Shown: piece by piece, positions 39,441 through 52,461 of the stretch
How the letters are laid out: the number at the start of each line of letters is the position of its first letter
Position numbering within the stretch: position 1 is the first letter of the stretch
NCBI GenBank assembly: GCA_963693365.1
Contig: CAVNZM010000003.1
Location: 9,546,782 to 9,610,781 of the forward strand
Length of the DNA: 64,000 nt
Direction of reading: 5' to 3'
Source of the DNA: Amoebidium appalachense
Lineage: Eukaryota; Protista; Ichthyosporea
The notes under the pieces: model-generated
Told to the model about the DNA's origin: nothing
The model's input: only the letters and a program-made list of their open reading frames with translations
Database searches by the model: none
Position numbers and translations under genes: made by a program

Positions 39441-40592
39441 ACATAGAGAGAGAGAGAGAGAGATAGACTCTTTGAAAGCTGGACTCTGAGAAAGGAGAGT
39501 CCGAGAGAAATCTAGAGGGAGAGGGATGTGTCGAGAGGATAGAAGAGAAGATGTGGTAACGTTGACAATGTGGCCACGTGGAGATACTGTACTCTTATGT
39601 GAGATAGCGCCAAGGGCTCTAATGGGCCAATCAAAACACCCGTCTGCCTCTTTCACCGGATGGGCCGCCGCAATGATTAATGTTATAATCATTGAATACT
39701 ATGAATACCGTAATTGATTGACCATCTTCATTGAGATACGGTGTGTGGTCCTGCACACGACCTGTATTCTGTCTAATAAATTACTATGATTCCCATTGGT
39801 TATAATGTAGCCATACATTCGTTTACATTGTAGAGATATACTGAATATCCAAAAATCCTGACACGGGTAACATTTCAAACATGGGTCCTTTTTTGTTTTG
39901 TTTTTTCTTGTTTTTGTTTTTTTTGTTTCTCCCTCTGGGGCAGGGGGGGAGGGGGGCGGGGGGAAGGGGGGAAGGGGGGAGGGAGAGAGGGAGAGGGAGG
40001 GGGGAGGGGGAGGGGGAGGATGGGGGGGGGGGGGTAGGGGGGGGGGGTACTGTATGCTACCAAATGATAACTTTGGGGGTTGCCATCTCCTTAAACCGAT
40101 CAGTATGTTGAACAACTAGTACTAAATATGGACCCTCGTACATTCATTTATACATTCTTCTAACTTGACAAACCGTTGCCCTAATACCTATGTATTTCTC
40201 TTGAGGATAGCCTGAATACCTACGCAACGCACCAATCAGTGTTTACGCCCTCCGGGCACGACCACTCCGGATAAACAGGCATGACATTTTGTGCGCCTGC
40301 CGCCTGCCAATTTGAAAGCTCTCTTTCTTCGAATTTCGGTTACAAATTTCCCACAAAATCGCGCAAATGACCGATCTCGCCCTGCCACTGTTCCTGCGAA
40401 TAGGGCCACTGGTCAACCGTCCCCGCGTTGTGGAAAGACGAAATCCGATTGGCCAGCTTGTCCAAGGTCTGCATTTGAATGGGTAAGCATGGGAATGTGT
40501 CACATTTGGCATTGAATTTCAGAAGAGGGACATGCTCAATAATGTGTAAATGATGGAGCGCGGGGGAGTGCGGGGGATGAAGGTTGGACGGG

Positions 40593-40637
<45 letters not shown>

Positions 40638-41592
40638 TACGCATGGCCCTAATTTAAAGTGGTTATGATGTGTGTCGGATTCTTACTTATGTGCATGTGA
40701 GCGTCTGAGCATGTGTGTGTGTGCGCATGCATGCATGTACTTATATACGGATGTGTGTGTGTAGGTGTTGTGTTTGTGGGCCGGGTGTGTGTGGGTGTGG
40801 GTGTGTGTATGTGTGTGTGTGTGTGTGTGTGTTTGTGTGGTGTGTGTGCTACTGTGCATGTGTGCACCCATGTGTATGTGTGTGAGTGTGTTCAACAATG
40901 TGTTGTGTGTGTGTCTCATGATTGTCGTGATTGGACAGGGAGGGGGGGGAATTATTATCGGATTTTGAAGTATGAGAGGGGCCGCAAAGCAGAGCTTCCC
41001 CTCTTTCATTGTCTTGAGAACGTTGAGGGGGGAAGGGGGGGAAAGGGTGTGGGGGGGGGAGGGGGGGAGGGGGGAGGGAGGGAGGGAGGGAGGGGAAGGT
41101 GGGAGAGTAAGGGCCTGAGGAATTCCCAATAAATTATGGCAGGTGATGGTGCTTGGAGGTTGGGGGGGGGGGGGGGGGGGGGGGATGTGTCATACCTGTG
41201 TGCACCTTTGAGGTGAGAGGGGTCCATTAGGCGAAGTCAGTTCCCTCGCTCTCTGTGCAAGCCTTTCCACAAACCCATCGACATACAAAAGGGATCGATA
41301 GAGAATGTTTTCACTGTTTGCATCTGTGCCGTATTGAACAGGCATTCAGTTATCCAATTTGCGGCATATCTCGGTTTCACCCGTGGCGGATGGTTGGTTG
41401 CAGTGGTCCAATGCGCCGTCCAGATCCCAGAAGAAAATTGCCCACCTGGGTGGGAATTTATGTTTTTAGTTTAGTTTTTACTCTGTTTATTGTTATGTAT
41501 TCATTCACTTTGGAAAAAGGTTTGGTTTATGGTTTCAGGGCCAGTTTTTTATTTCGTTTATTGTTATGTATTCTTGTACCTTTTATTTTTTT

Positions 41593-41629
<37 letters not shown>

Positions 41630-42275
41630 AATTACACTGTAACAGTTTTCGTTTGTACTAAATTTTCTCTATATCTCCTTTTTTCTTGAATGAGGAGAGG
41701 GCGGAAGGGGGAAGGGGAGGGGGAGGGGGGGAGGGGGGGGGGGGGGGGGGGGGGGGAGGGGATAGTACAGGAATAAGAACTGATTGATGTGTTTCTTGCG
41801 CGTGCCAGGGCAAAAACGGGGGGGGGGGGGGGGGGGGGGGGGGGGGAGGGGGAGGGGGGGGGGGGGGGGGGGGGGGGGGGAGGGGGGGGGAGGGAAGGGG
41901 GAAGGGGGGGGGGGGGGGGGGGCGCATGGTAACGACGGTGTAAGACGTGAATAAGTGCCCGAGTGGAAGGAAGGGATGGGGAAGGGATTGACAAGGTAAG
42001 AGGGGGCATGAGGGAGGGGAGGGGGGGGGGGGGGGGGGGGGGGGAGGGACTCAAAGTGAGGGAAGGTAGGAGGGGAGGTCCAAAATGGGGGTTGAGGGGG
42101 GAAGGGGGCCCTGAGGGGGTGGGGGGGGGGGGGGGAGGGGGGGGGCTCCAGGAACATTTAGCTTTCAAGTTTTGTAGAGGTTATATTATGAGCAGGCAGA
42201 CAGAGATATCAGATTTGAGTGTCCGAGGCCGGGGAGGTTGGGGAAGGCGCACAAGGCGTGTATGTGTGTGTATGT

Positions 42276-42324
<49 letters not shown>

Positions 42325-43057
42325 TACCGCCTGGCATCAAGGGGAGAATGCAGGAAGAAATTTTGTGTCAGAACGTCGGAATCGAGCAACAGAGAAGCCA
42401 CAGCCAAGAAAGTCACCACATTCTCTTCGATGAAATTCGGGCGAAAAAGTGTTTCAAACCCCTTCGAGTCGTTTTGGTAGTATGTTCTGGTAATATCCGC
42501 GGTAACATTACTTATTTTCCGGTACCATATGTCGTCATGTTCGTGTGTTTGGGGGTCCAACCAATCTTTCGTCTCTGGCCACCCCTCCCGGGGGGGTTCA
42601 TAGACGAAATTCTTGGCCTTAAGCAAAATTCCGCTCTTGTCCAGACCGCGATTTTCGAGCATGTCATCATCCGCGTCTTCGATCACCGTATAGAGCCCCC
42701 ACTGTGTGCCGTTAATTTTCACGTTGACGAAATTTGCGTTAAGGGAAACCATACCCGGAACTTCGCGTAAAAGCTCATACCCGAGTGTGTGTCTGAGCTT
42801 GCTAACATCGAAAGGAGACCTGGAGACAACGATTTTTCTCGTTCCGCGCCATTTTCCAAGCGGGGCGTCTTTATCTAATTTAACGTTGAAAGATTTAACC
42901 CCGTCGTGACGAGAAGTCGCGCCGTGAACATAAATTTTCCCACGCGGGGCCGTGAATTCGATGGATAGTCCTTGGACCGGATACACGCCCGAATGGATAT
43001 TTTTGCCGTGCCGTTGCCTTCCCCACGCGGTTGCTCGTACATATCGTCCCATGAAAC

Positions 43058-46000
43058 TGTTGGACATTGTGTTCATAGAAGCTAGTTCTAGTGCACGTTG
43101 TTCCTTCTGTAAGTCAGAAATGATTGCATCTTGTGAGGCCAACCTCTGCTCCAGTAGTTGGACTAGTTGCTGCAACTGTAAGTTGTCAGACATAGTGTCG
43201 TGTATGATGGGTAACTAGTCTATGTGTTTTGTGCACTGAAAACGACAGTAGAAAAGTGTAAATCAAACGTTCTGCTTCCCATGTTTGTGACATGGGAGGC
43301 ACTGCTTTATATAGTCGTTGGCCACCTCATGGTGGCCTCGTGTGCACCCTGGTGGTGGGCCATGTACAGCATGGCCGAAAAGAGAGCACAATGAAAACAA
43401 GTCGTTAAAGATATAAAAGTTAACTGTGCACGTTGAGTGGCTAGTTAACTTGCACTAAAGCACACAAATAAACGTGTTTAACACACCAATTGCAGTTAAA
43501 CGTAAATCTTACTTCACACAACTAAAAATATTCTGAGAATATCCGGGAATAAAGCACACTACCACTCTAAGAATAGAATCCTGTGGCAAATATAGACATG
43601 ACATCATCTGAACCGGGAATATTAATTAATGAGCACAATTAGCACGTTGCTAGTGAAGCTCGTCATTGGTACAGTTTCGGCTCAAACATATAACTACCAT
43701 ATATGAATATGACCGTAAACAAAAGCTCTATGCACTCGAGTGAGTGTTGAAACAATTATTCAATTGCTCAGAGAAAGTTCTGCTCAGAAACTTTCTCTAA
43801 CAGACATTGCTAGCCGGGAGTACCAGTGTACTCCAACACCCCTACTCAATTGGATAATTGTGGTATGAATTAATGCAACTGAGCTCGAGTGCTTCAGGCG
43901 CACAAAATACAGACAATAAAGATTCCCCTACTCAATTTTAGTATGGTACACGTAGTTGCACAGTCGGATGCAACTCTCTCCCCCCCCTGAAGTATGAGGG
44001 CGCAGTTGGTTGATGACGGGTGCTCAGCACATGTTGAGCATCCCCACGGCCTTGGTGAAGAAAGAGGCAGACAGGGCCTTGGTGAACATGTCGGCCTTGT
44101 TGTCAGTAGAAGCCACCGGGACCACAGTGATGTTGCCCAGCAGGTGATGTTCCTTGACGGAGCAGTAGCGGACGTCGATGTGCTTGGTCTTGGGCTTAAC
44201 CCCCAGGGTGTCCAGCAGGGCCCGGGCAGACTCATTGTCCCCATGGATGGGCACCGGGGTGGGCTCATCGATAGGATTAAGGCCCAGGTCGTCCATCACA
44301 TAGTTGAGCCATATGGCCTCGTTCGTAGCAGCAGACATGGCCACAAATTCAGCCTCAGTGGAGCTGTGGGTGGTGATGGACTGGAGCCGAGACACCCAGG
44401 ACACAGGGGAGGAGTTGATGAAGAAGACATAGCCCGTGGTGGAGCGCCGGGTGTCGCGGTCCTCGGCGTAGTCGGAGTCGGAGTAGCCAACAAGGGTGGG
44501 GGGGCCGGGACGGTAGACAATACCCAGGTCGATGGTGGCCAGCAGGTAGCTTACAACTCTGGTAGCCATAGTCCAGTGGGTGACGGTGGGCGCATGAATG
44601 TGTCGAGTAAGGACTCCCAGAGCCTGGGAAATGTCGGGGCGGGTGGTACGCGCAATCCACAGCAGGGCACCGACCAGGCTGGCATAGTCCTCCTTCTTGC
44701 TGTGGGCTGGGGTCTTGTTGCTTTCACTGGCCTGGCCCGGGACGATGGGGGTCTTGGTGCCGGACATGTGGGTGAGACGAAAACGGGCAGCCAAGTCGAT
44801 GATGTGTTGACGATGGCCCAGACGCAGAGACCCGTCCTCCAGCCAGGTAAGAGTGTGCCCGATGAGCAGGGTAGGACGACCCAGGTCCTTGGCAGAGAAA
44901 CGAGCATCCAGCTTGGTGAAAAAATCGTCGATGAGCGCATCAGTGGCGGCCGTCACGGTGAAGTCATCCACGTAGGCAGCAAGGGCAATAAACGTTGGGG
45001 TCCCGGCATTCTTGATGAACAGGCACGGGTCAGCAGCACTCACAATGAAGCCTTGGTCGAGGAGATGGTCACGGAGGGCCTCATACCACTGGCGCGGTGC
45101 CTGTTTTAGGCCGTAGAGCGCCTTGTGGAGCAAGCCGACAGCATGGGGGGCCGAGGGGTTGACGAAGCCAGGGGGCTGCTCAATGTAGATGGTCTTGTTG
45201 ACGGTGCCGTTGAGGAATGCTGTGTTGACGTCGATGTGGCGCAGAGGCAGACCTTGGGCCACGGAGGTAGCCAAAACCAGCCGGATGGTAGCCAGCGCAG
45301 CCACAGGTGACTCGGTGACGAAATAGTCCTGGCCAGGCTGCTGGTAGTTGCCCCGGGCCACAAGCCGGGCCTTGAAAGCAGTGACGTTGCCGACGTTGTC
45401 CTGCTTGACCGTAAAGACCCAGCCGACCGGAATGACAGTGGAGCCATCCTCTGGACGGGGCACAAGGGTGAAGGTGCCGTTGTCTTCCAGGGCCTTGAGC
45501 TCACGGTGTGCAGCCTCCTCCCATTTCAGACGCTGGGGACTCTTGAGTGCAGCCCGGACAGTCTTGGGGACAACAATGGTGGAAGCCTTGATGGGTGTTG
45601 ATGCAGAAGCCGTAGCCTGGGAGGCAAGGGGGGCCGTAGCAGCAGCCACGTTGGCAGTCGGGCCTCGACGTTGGTCGTTGTACACAGCGCCACTACGGGT
45701 CGTCCGGGGGAGCCGATGTGCAGGCTCGGGCAGGATCGGAATGTCCAATTGATCACTCGGCGCTGTCCCATTGGCTGACAGACGAGACGAATCAGATTGC
45801 TGATCATTCCGGACGATGTGATTGGCTGGCTGATTTGACGAATCAGATGACTCCAAAAAATGATGAATTGCCGGTGCGGTCGACCAATCAGATGGGACAT
45901 CACGGAGGGGGTGCAGAATAGCAGCCTCGTCGACCTGCACGTCACGGCTGACGGTCATCTTGTGTGCTGCTGGAATCCAGACCTTGTAGCCCTTGATGTT

Positions 46001-48816
46001 AGGAGGGTAGCCCACGAAGATGCCCTTGACGGCACGAGGCGCCAGTTTCGGTGTATCCTGTTGATGGACGTAGCAGGGAGAGCCCCAGACACGGAGCCGG
46101 CTGTAGTCGGGAGGAATGCCGGTCCACAGCAGGGCGGGAGACGATTGGCTGCCGGTGGCTCGCGACGGGAGCATGTTGCATATAAAAGCCGCGGTCACAG
46201 CTGCCTCGGCCCAGAATCCCACCGGAAGGCCGGACTGCTGCAGGAGTGCCCGAACCATGTCGAGGAGGGTCCGGTTCAGTCGTTCGGCAGTCCCATTCTG
46301 TTGAGGAGAGCCGGTGGTAGTGATCTGATGGCGAATGCCGTGCTCACGGTTGTAGTCCCCGAAGGCCGTGCCCATGTACTCGCCCCCCGTCGGACTGAAA
46401 CACCTGCATGGGAACACCGTGTTGGGTAACCGCCGCCTTGTGGTACGTCACATATGCAGCCAGTGTGTCTGACTTCTTGACGAGGGGCACGGCCGTGGTG
46501 TGGCCGGTGAAGTCGTCGTGGAACGTCGCCAAGTACTGAGCACCACCGATCGCGGGAGGGAAGGGGCCGCTGATGTCGCTGTGAACCTTGGCTAGGACCC
46601 GGGGAGCTTGGCTGGTTGATTCGGAGAAGGCAACACGGTGGGCTTTGCCGAGGGCACAGGGCTCACACACACCCCGAGACTTGGCACCGCCACCCACCAA
46701 CAGGCCTGCAGACTTGATGACCGAGCGTACAGCGTCAATGCCAGCATGGCCCAGACGGTAGTGCCACGTGTTGAGGTCGGCAGTAACCTTGAGGATACGC
46801 GGAGCAGTGGTGGTTTGGGTGTCCGGGGTTGTGTCCGCGCGCAGAAGAGACACCGCCATGTGGTACAGCTTGGTGCCGACAGCCGAGCCGGTGGCCAGAA
46901 TTTGATCGCCGTAGCACAACTTAACGCCGCCGCGGGTGTCAAAGCGGGGTAAAACGCCGTTGGTAGATGCCGTGAACACACTGATGAGAGTGTCGGGGAT
47001 GGAGGGCACGTAGAGTACATCCGTCAGCTGATGCACCGCAGTAACGCCGTCGATGGTGCTGGAAAAGAACACGTCGCCCACCCCAAGCACTGCACATGCA
47101 CCCTTGTCGGCTACTTGGACCGTGGAGTAAGGCGCCGCACGCATGTTGACGAACACATCGGGCCGGGGGCACACATGGTCAGTGGCTCCAGAGTCGAGGA
47201 GCACCTTGTTGGTGCCACAGTCGTTGCTAGACATGAGGAAAGCATGGCGGTAGTGTGACTGGTAGACAGTGGGTGGTTGACGCAGGAACCCTTGGGGTAG
47301 GTGCTGGCACGGTTGTTGCCAGAGTTGCTGTGTTGGCCGTTGCCGTTGGGGCACTGAGACTTGATGTGGCCTGGTTTGCCGCAGCCGTGGCAGATGACAG
47401 GTTGAGGAGCCCGTGTGGTGAAGGCGGCCGGCCCGGAGCTGGTAGTCACACGTGCACGTGGGTGGCTGGTCTCATATGCCCGTAGCTGTTGGAGGAGGCC
47501 CATTACGGTAGGCTTGGGTGTCATCTTGTAGGCAATGACAGGCATTTCGTAGTAAGGCACCTTGCCGAGGTCGTTGGTGAGCTTGGTCAGCACTTGAGCA
47601 TCACCAATTTGTGTGCCGTAATCGGCCAGGCGCCGCACGTAGCCGCGGAGCTTCATGGCGTATTTCGTCGCGGTGTCCGTAGGTTCAGGCGTAGAATTCA
47701 TGTACAGCCCGATAAGGTCGTACTGATTGGCCTCAGATTGCTCCAGGTAGTGGGCAGATAGGGCCGACCATATCTCCGCAGGTGTGGTGGTGCGTGTTAA
47801 CCCTAGGATACAACGCACGTCAACCGAGAGTGCTTGCCACAGGTAGGAACGGGCAGTGTCGACCTGTTCACGGGTAGCCGGGTGCTCCGTACTGGGCGCG
47901 ATGGTGTGGAGAAGACCAGCACCAGAAAGCTGGACATACATGGTTTCGGCCCATGTGTGGTAGTCCGTGCCTGAATCATTATCAATGCCAGTGAAGAGAG
48001 GGATGTCGACCTTGAACTTGATGGAATCATTACGTGAGGGGCCCATAACCCTGTTGGACATTGTGTTCATAGAAGCTAGTTCTAGTGCACGTTGTTCCTT
48101 CTGTAAGTCAGAAATGATTGCATCTTGTGAGGCCAACCTCTGCTCCAGTAGTTGGACTAGTTGCTGCAACTGTAAGTTGTCAGACATAGTGTCGTGTATG
48201 ATGGGTAACTAGTCTATGTGTTTTGTGCACTGAAAACGACAGTAGAAAAGTGTAAATCAAACGTTCTGCTTCCCATGTTTGTGACATGGGAGGCACTGCT
48301 TTATATAGTCGTTGGCCACCTCATGGTGGCCTCGTGTGCACCCTGGTGGTGGGCCATGTACAGCATGGCCGAAAAGAGAGCACAATGAAAACAAGTCGTT
48401 AAAGATATAAAAGTTAACTGTGCACGTTGAGTGGCTAGTTAACTTGCACTAAAGCACACAAATAAACGTGTTTAACACACCAATTGCAGTTAAACGTAAA
48501 TCTTACTTCACACAACTAAAAATATTCTGAGAATATCCGGGAAAAAAGCACACTACCACTCTAAGAATAGAATCCTGTGGCAAATATAGACATGACATCA
48601 TCTGAACCGGGAATATTAATTAATGAGCACAATTAGCACGTTGCTAGTGAAGCTCGTCATTGGTACAGTTTCGGCTCAAACATATAACTACCATATATGA
48701 ATATGACCGTAAACAAAAGCTCTATGCACTCGAGTGAGTGTTGAAACAATTATTCAATTGCTCAGAAACTTTCTCTAACAGACATTGCTAGCCGGGAGTA
48801 CCAGTGTACTCCAACA
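43058..48816 (-). mobile_element. Full-length Ty1/copia LTR retrotransposon, recent insertion
   Basis: LTRs 43058-43838 and 48052-48816 (TGTTGGA...TCCAACA) differ, as far as I can see by eye, by one substitution and one 16-bp indel. TSD GAAAC at 43053-43057 and 48817-48821. PBS GGTTATGGGCCC at 48050-48039. PPT ATTGAGTAGGGG at 43850-43839. Confidence 0.98.
44024..48187 (-). CDS. Copia gag-pol polyprotein (Gag, zinc knuckle, PR, IN, RT, RNase H) with two frame breaks
   Basis: Motifs in copia order: CHGCGKPGHIKSQC; LLDSGATDH; WHYRLGH..CEPC; HSDISGP; PQQNGTAERLNRTL; KARLVARG; LYGLKQAPRQW; YVDD; YSDSDYA; KHIDVRY; ADMFTK. Frame breaks near 47250 and 46385. Confidence 0.95.
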
Positions 48817-50423
48817 GAAACCACCTCTGTTGAAAAAGTCTGAATTTCAAGATCGTCCACAGTGTCCCACGTGAATTTTCCGGTGTAGGCCGAAGGGGGG
48901 TCCGAAATGTTGTACACCCTCTCGTAATATTCGGTGATGTTTCCCTCCGATCCGTCCGAAAATACGTTTGGTGCCCCCATAGTAACTAAAGATGTCGCTG
49001 CATACGTTCCGTTTTTTCTCCGCGCATATAGCTAGACGTGTCCGGAATTTCGCCCTCCTCCCACGAAACACTCGAAGCAAGGGTTGAACCGTTAAATAGT
49101 TGAACCGCGTCTTTTGTACCCGAAAGGCCAAAATCAAACTCGCATGACGTTTTCCCCTCAAAAACCACCATGTAACTGCCGGCAGGAATACGTGCACACT
49201 CGCCTGAAAAACTCATGTGCGTATGTGTAACGTTGTCATCTACTAGAGACCACCCGTTCAGTTCCGCGCCGCATTCTGTGTTTTGGTTGTGGATTTCCAC
49301 CCAGTCGCGCGGTTTGTGCGGGTAGATCTCGTTTATAACCACTGCGTTTTTCACTTCGTCCGTACATGTGCGTAGAATAGGTGCTACGTTGACAGATGAA
49401 CTGTCCTTGGGTATAAGAATCGCACAAGGGATAATGATGGCTAGAGCAGCGGCGGTACCTAGAACACCGGCGAGTATTTGGTATTTTCTTTGCCTATACC
49501 AAGGTAGGTCTGAGGCAATCGCAGGAGGAGAGTATGGGGGAAAGGAATCGCCCTTTCAGGGTCGTAAAATTGTGTCGCCATGTTGGTGCGTGTGTGTGCG
49601 TGTGTTAGTAAAGAAGCTTTCTCGTACGGTGCGTTTCTCACTCGCTGCTTGTCAACTCTACATGAAAGTTACCTTTTCAACATTCCTATTTACTCGAAGG
49701 GCTAGGCCAAGAATGCGCGGGACCAATCCGATGATTGACAACATACCACGTCTTAGATTCCGAAAAGATTGCCCCTAGACAATCACGAAAAAGAGGTGTA
49801 TATGTATATAACTGTTGTTATCAAATAAGTTGAAAGTAAAGAGAAAAACTTTCAGTGCGGTAAATGCACGCTTGCAGTACATAACGTCATTCACGAAAGT
49901 ATGAACTATGTAGCCCGTTGTGTCGCCGAAAGACAAGGAATGGGTACCAATTTGGAGCCCTGGAGGCATTGCGTTGGAGATAACCATATATAGGTTGTTT
50001 ACCTCATTTGAATTGGTTAACTTGACTGGGAAGTCAATTGCGAACCATGGACAGGCTCCAAAGTCAAGTGACTCAAGCCATCTTATGCGAATATGGCGTA
50101 TACGCAAATACTTGTATTTGATAGAATAACTAAAATTTACCAAAAAAAAGCGTTTTCTGAGCAAGTGCTAAGGCCCTGCTTCTCTTCAACTTTGTTAGCT
50201 CCTGGTTGCCAATGGGCCATGCCCACCTGCACGGGGTTGTGAAGCCGGATCTGTCACGTGTCATTTTACATCCAATCAGATCATTAGTGTTCATCTATTG
50301 GCTAAAGCAAGATCCGCCGATCTGCTTTTTTGTTCTGATAAAGGCAGATCTCGAGCCTGAGGGTCCCCTCTCTGCCTCTGTGACCCCCCCCCCCCCCTCC
50401 CCTCCCCCCCCCCCCCGCCCCCT

Positions 50424-50541
<118 letters not shown>

Positions 50542-50612
50542 CACACACACACATACACACATACAACACGCACACACACACACACACGCACACACACACA
50601 CAGTGTTACACA

Positions 50613-50692
<80 letters not shown>

Positions 50693-51529
50693 AACAAACA
50701 CAAGATTCTCTTCTTCTCCTTCTCCTTCTTCTTCTCCTTCTTTTTCTTTCATCTTGTAGATAAATAAACTTGCTCTGTTTATGTGACCTGGTACGAAAGC
50801 ATAGTAAGAGTCTGTATGCCGCAGGGGTGAAAAACAGCCCATCATAGTATTCTGATATTAGGCCCCGATTTTACTTAGAAAACTGGTTTTCGTCCAAGAA
50901 AAAATTTACGAAATAAAAAAACGCGCAATAATGATGTAAGCAGTCGGGGTGCTCCGACGACTACATCGTGTTGAATCGCTAAAATCAGCACACCTTGCAT
51001 GGCCTCTAACCACGCTGCCCCTAGGTCGATCGTCTATGATGAAGTTATGGTTTCGCCTGTTTTCGCCACGAAATAGCGCCGGACACCCCTTGTTGCATGA
51101 TGTTGCTTATACAAAAATTGCTTGTCGCTTTTTTTATCGAATTATTTATGAATGGAGCAAAACCCCTTCTCTATTCCCAATATTCATTTTAAGCATTATA
51201 AGCAGGATTTGGTATATTTCCATTTTGTTCGGCTGGCTGGATCTCCCTAGAGCCGCCCTAGGGACACGTATTGTGCACAGTATGTGTTGAAACCCGTGGC
51301 CACGATTACGAACCAGTGAAACCAACAGATTGTGTGACAATTATACGCTATACCGTCCTTTTTTATGGGTATATATTCCCTTTCGTAAGTCTGATTGTTT
51401 GTTGGGGTCAGAATTGGAGAACGGCGGGCATAGCATGGCTGTGATTGCACATTGATATGGAGGAGACCGGGAGGGGGGGAGGGCGCGGGGGGGGGGGGGG
51501 GGGGGGGGAGGGGAGGGGAGGGAGTGGGG

Positions 51530-51585
<56 letters not shown>

Positions 51586-51736
51586 TAGTAGTAGTAGTAG
51601 TAGAAAGTGATAGAGGGGGGGGGGGGGGAGGGGGGGAGGGGGGAGGAGAAAGAGAGAGGGAGAGGGAGGGAGAGAGAGAGGTAGAGGGGATGGGAGATAG
51701 AGAGGGGGGGGAGGGAGAGGGAGGGAGGGGGAGGGG

Positions 51737-51894
<158 letters not shown>

Positions 51895-52409
51895 AGACTA
51901 GAGGTTGTGTGTGTGTGTGTGTGTGTGGGCTAGTCAGTTGGAGTGAGAGAAGAACGAGTTGGAGTGAAGGTAAGCAAGCGAACCATTGACTATCTATAAA
52001 TTCAATAGATAGTATGTAACCCTCCCCCCCCCCCCCTTCCCCCCCTCTCCCCTCCCTCCCTCCCCCCCCCCCCACACACACACATACTCTCTCTCTCTCT
52101 CTCGCTCTCTTCCCGGGCAAGGGGGAAAAAAAAGGTTGAAAAAAATCTTTCTGCTGTGGATACGAATCCCTCCCCTCCCCCTTTCCCCCCCCCCCCCCCC
52201 CCTTCTCCCCCCCTCCACACCCCTTCCCCACCAAAAAAAATGTTTACAGAAGGCTTCTCACGAAAAGAGCTGTTGGAGAGGCATGGTGGGAGGGGGGGGG
52301 GGGGGGGGGGGGGAGTGAGGGTACTTGCCGTATCAGAATTTCGGAATATTTTTGTTTTTAGTGCTCTCAAAGAAGGGAGGGGTGGGGGCGGAGGGGACTG
52401 GGGGGGGAG

Positions 52410-52461
<52 letters not shown>

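Larger units (their letters stand above)
40220..49581 (-). pseudogene. Disrupted gene: type II TM anchor + lamin-tail domain (LTD) + CotH-family kinase, 3 exons
   Basis: Exon 1 is 49581-42328 (split by the copia element), exon 2 is 41445-41196, exon 3 is 40468-40340 or -40220; splice phases are consistent. TM: KYQILAGVLGTAAALAIIIPCAILIP. LTD: VVINEI..DWVEIHN..LNGWSLVD..FGLS..DAVQLF. CotH: GATSR..KSFNVKL, VKINGTQWGLYTVIE, DSDVLTQNFFLH, WDLD. Lesions: frameshifts near 49555, 49012 and ~42990, in-frame TGA at 41346-41348, possible premature TAA at 40340-40342. Confidence 0.85.

Noticed and set aside
41346-41348. In-frame TGA as selenocysteine or genetic-code reassignment
   Set aside because: The gene is already broken by a retrotransposon, CotH is not a known selenoprotein, and the 980-codon EFTUD2 has no in-frame stops.
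43994-45109. 371-aa plus-strand ORF
   Set aside because: Antisense shadow of the GC-rich copia RT/RNase H coding sequence.
49775-50164. 129-aa minus-strand ORF upstream of the CotH gene
   Set aside because: No ATG start or motif; AT-rich and probably promoter or intergenic sequence.
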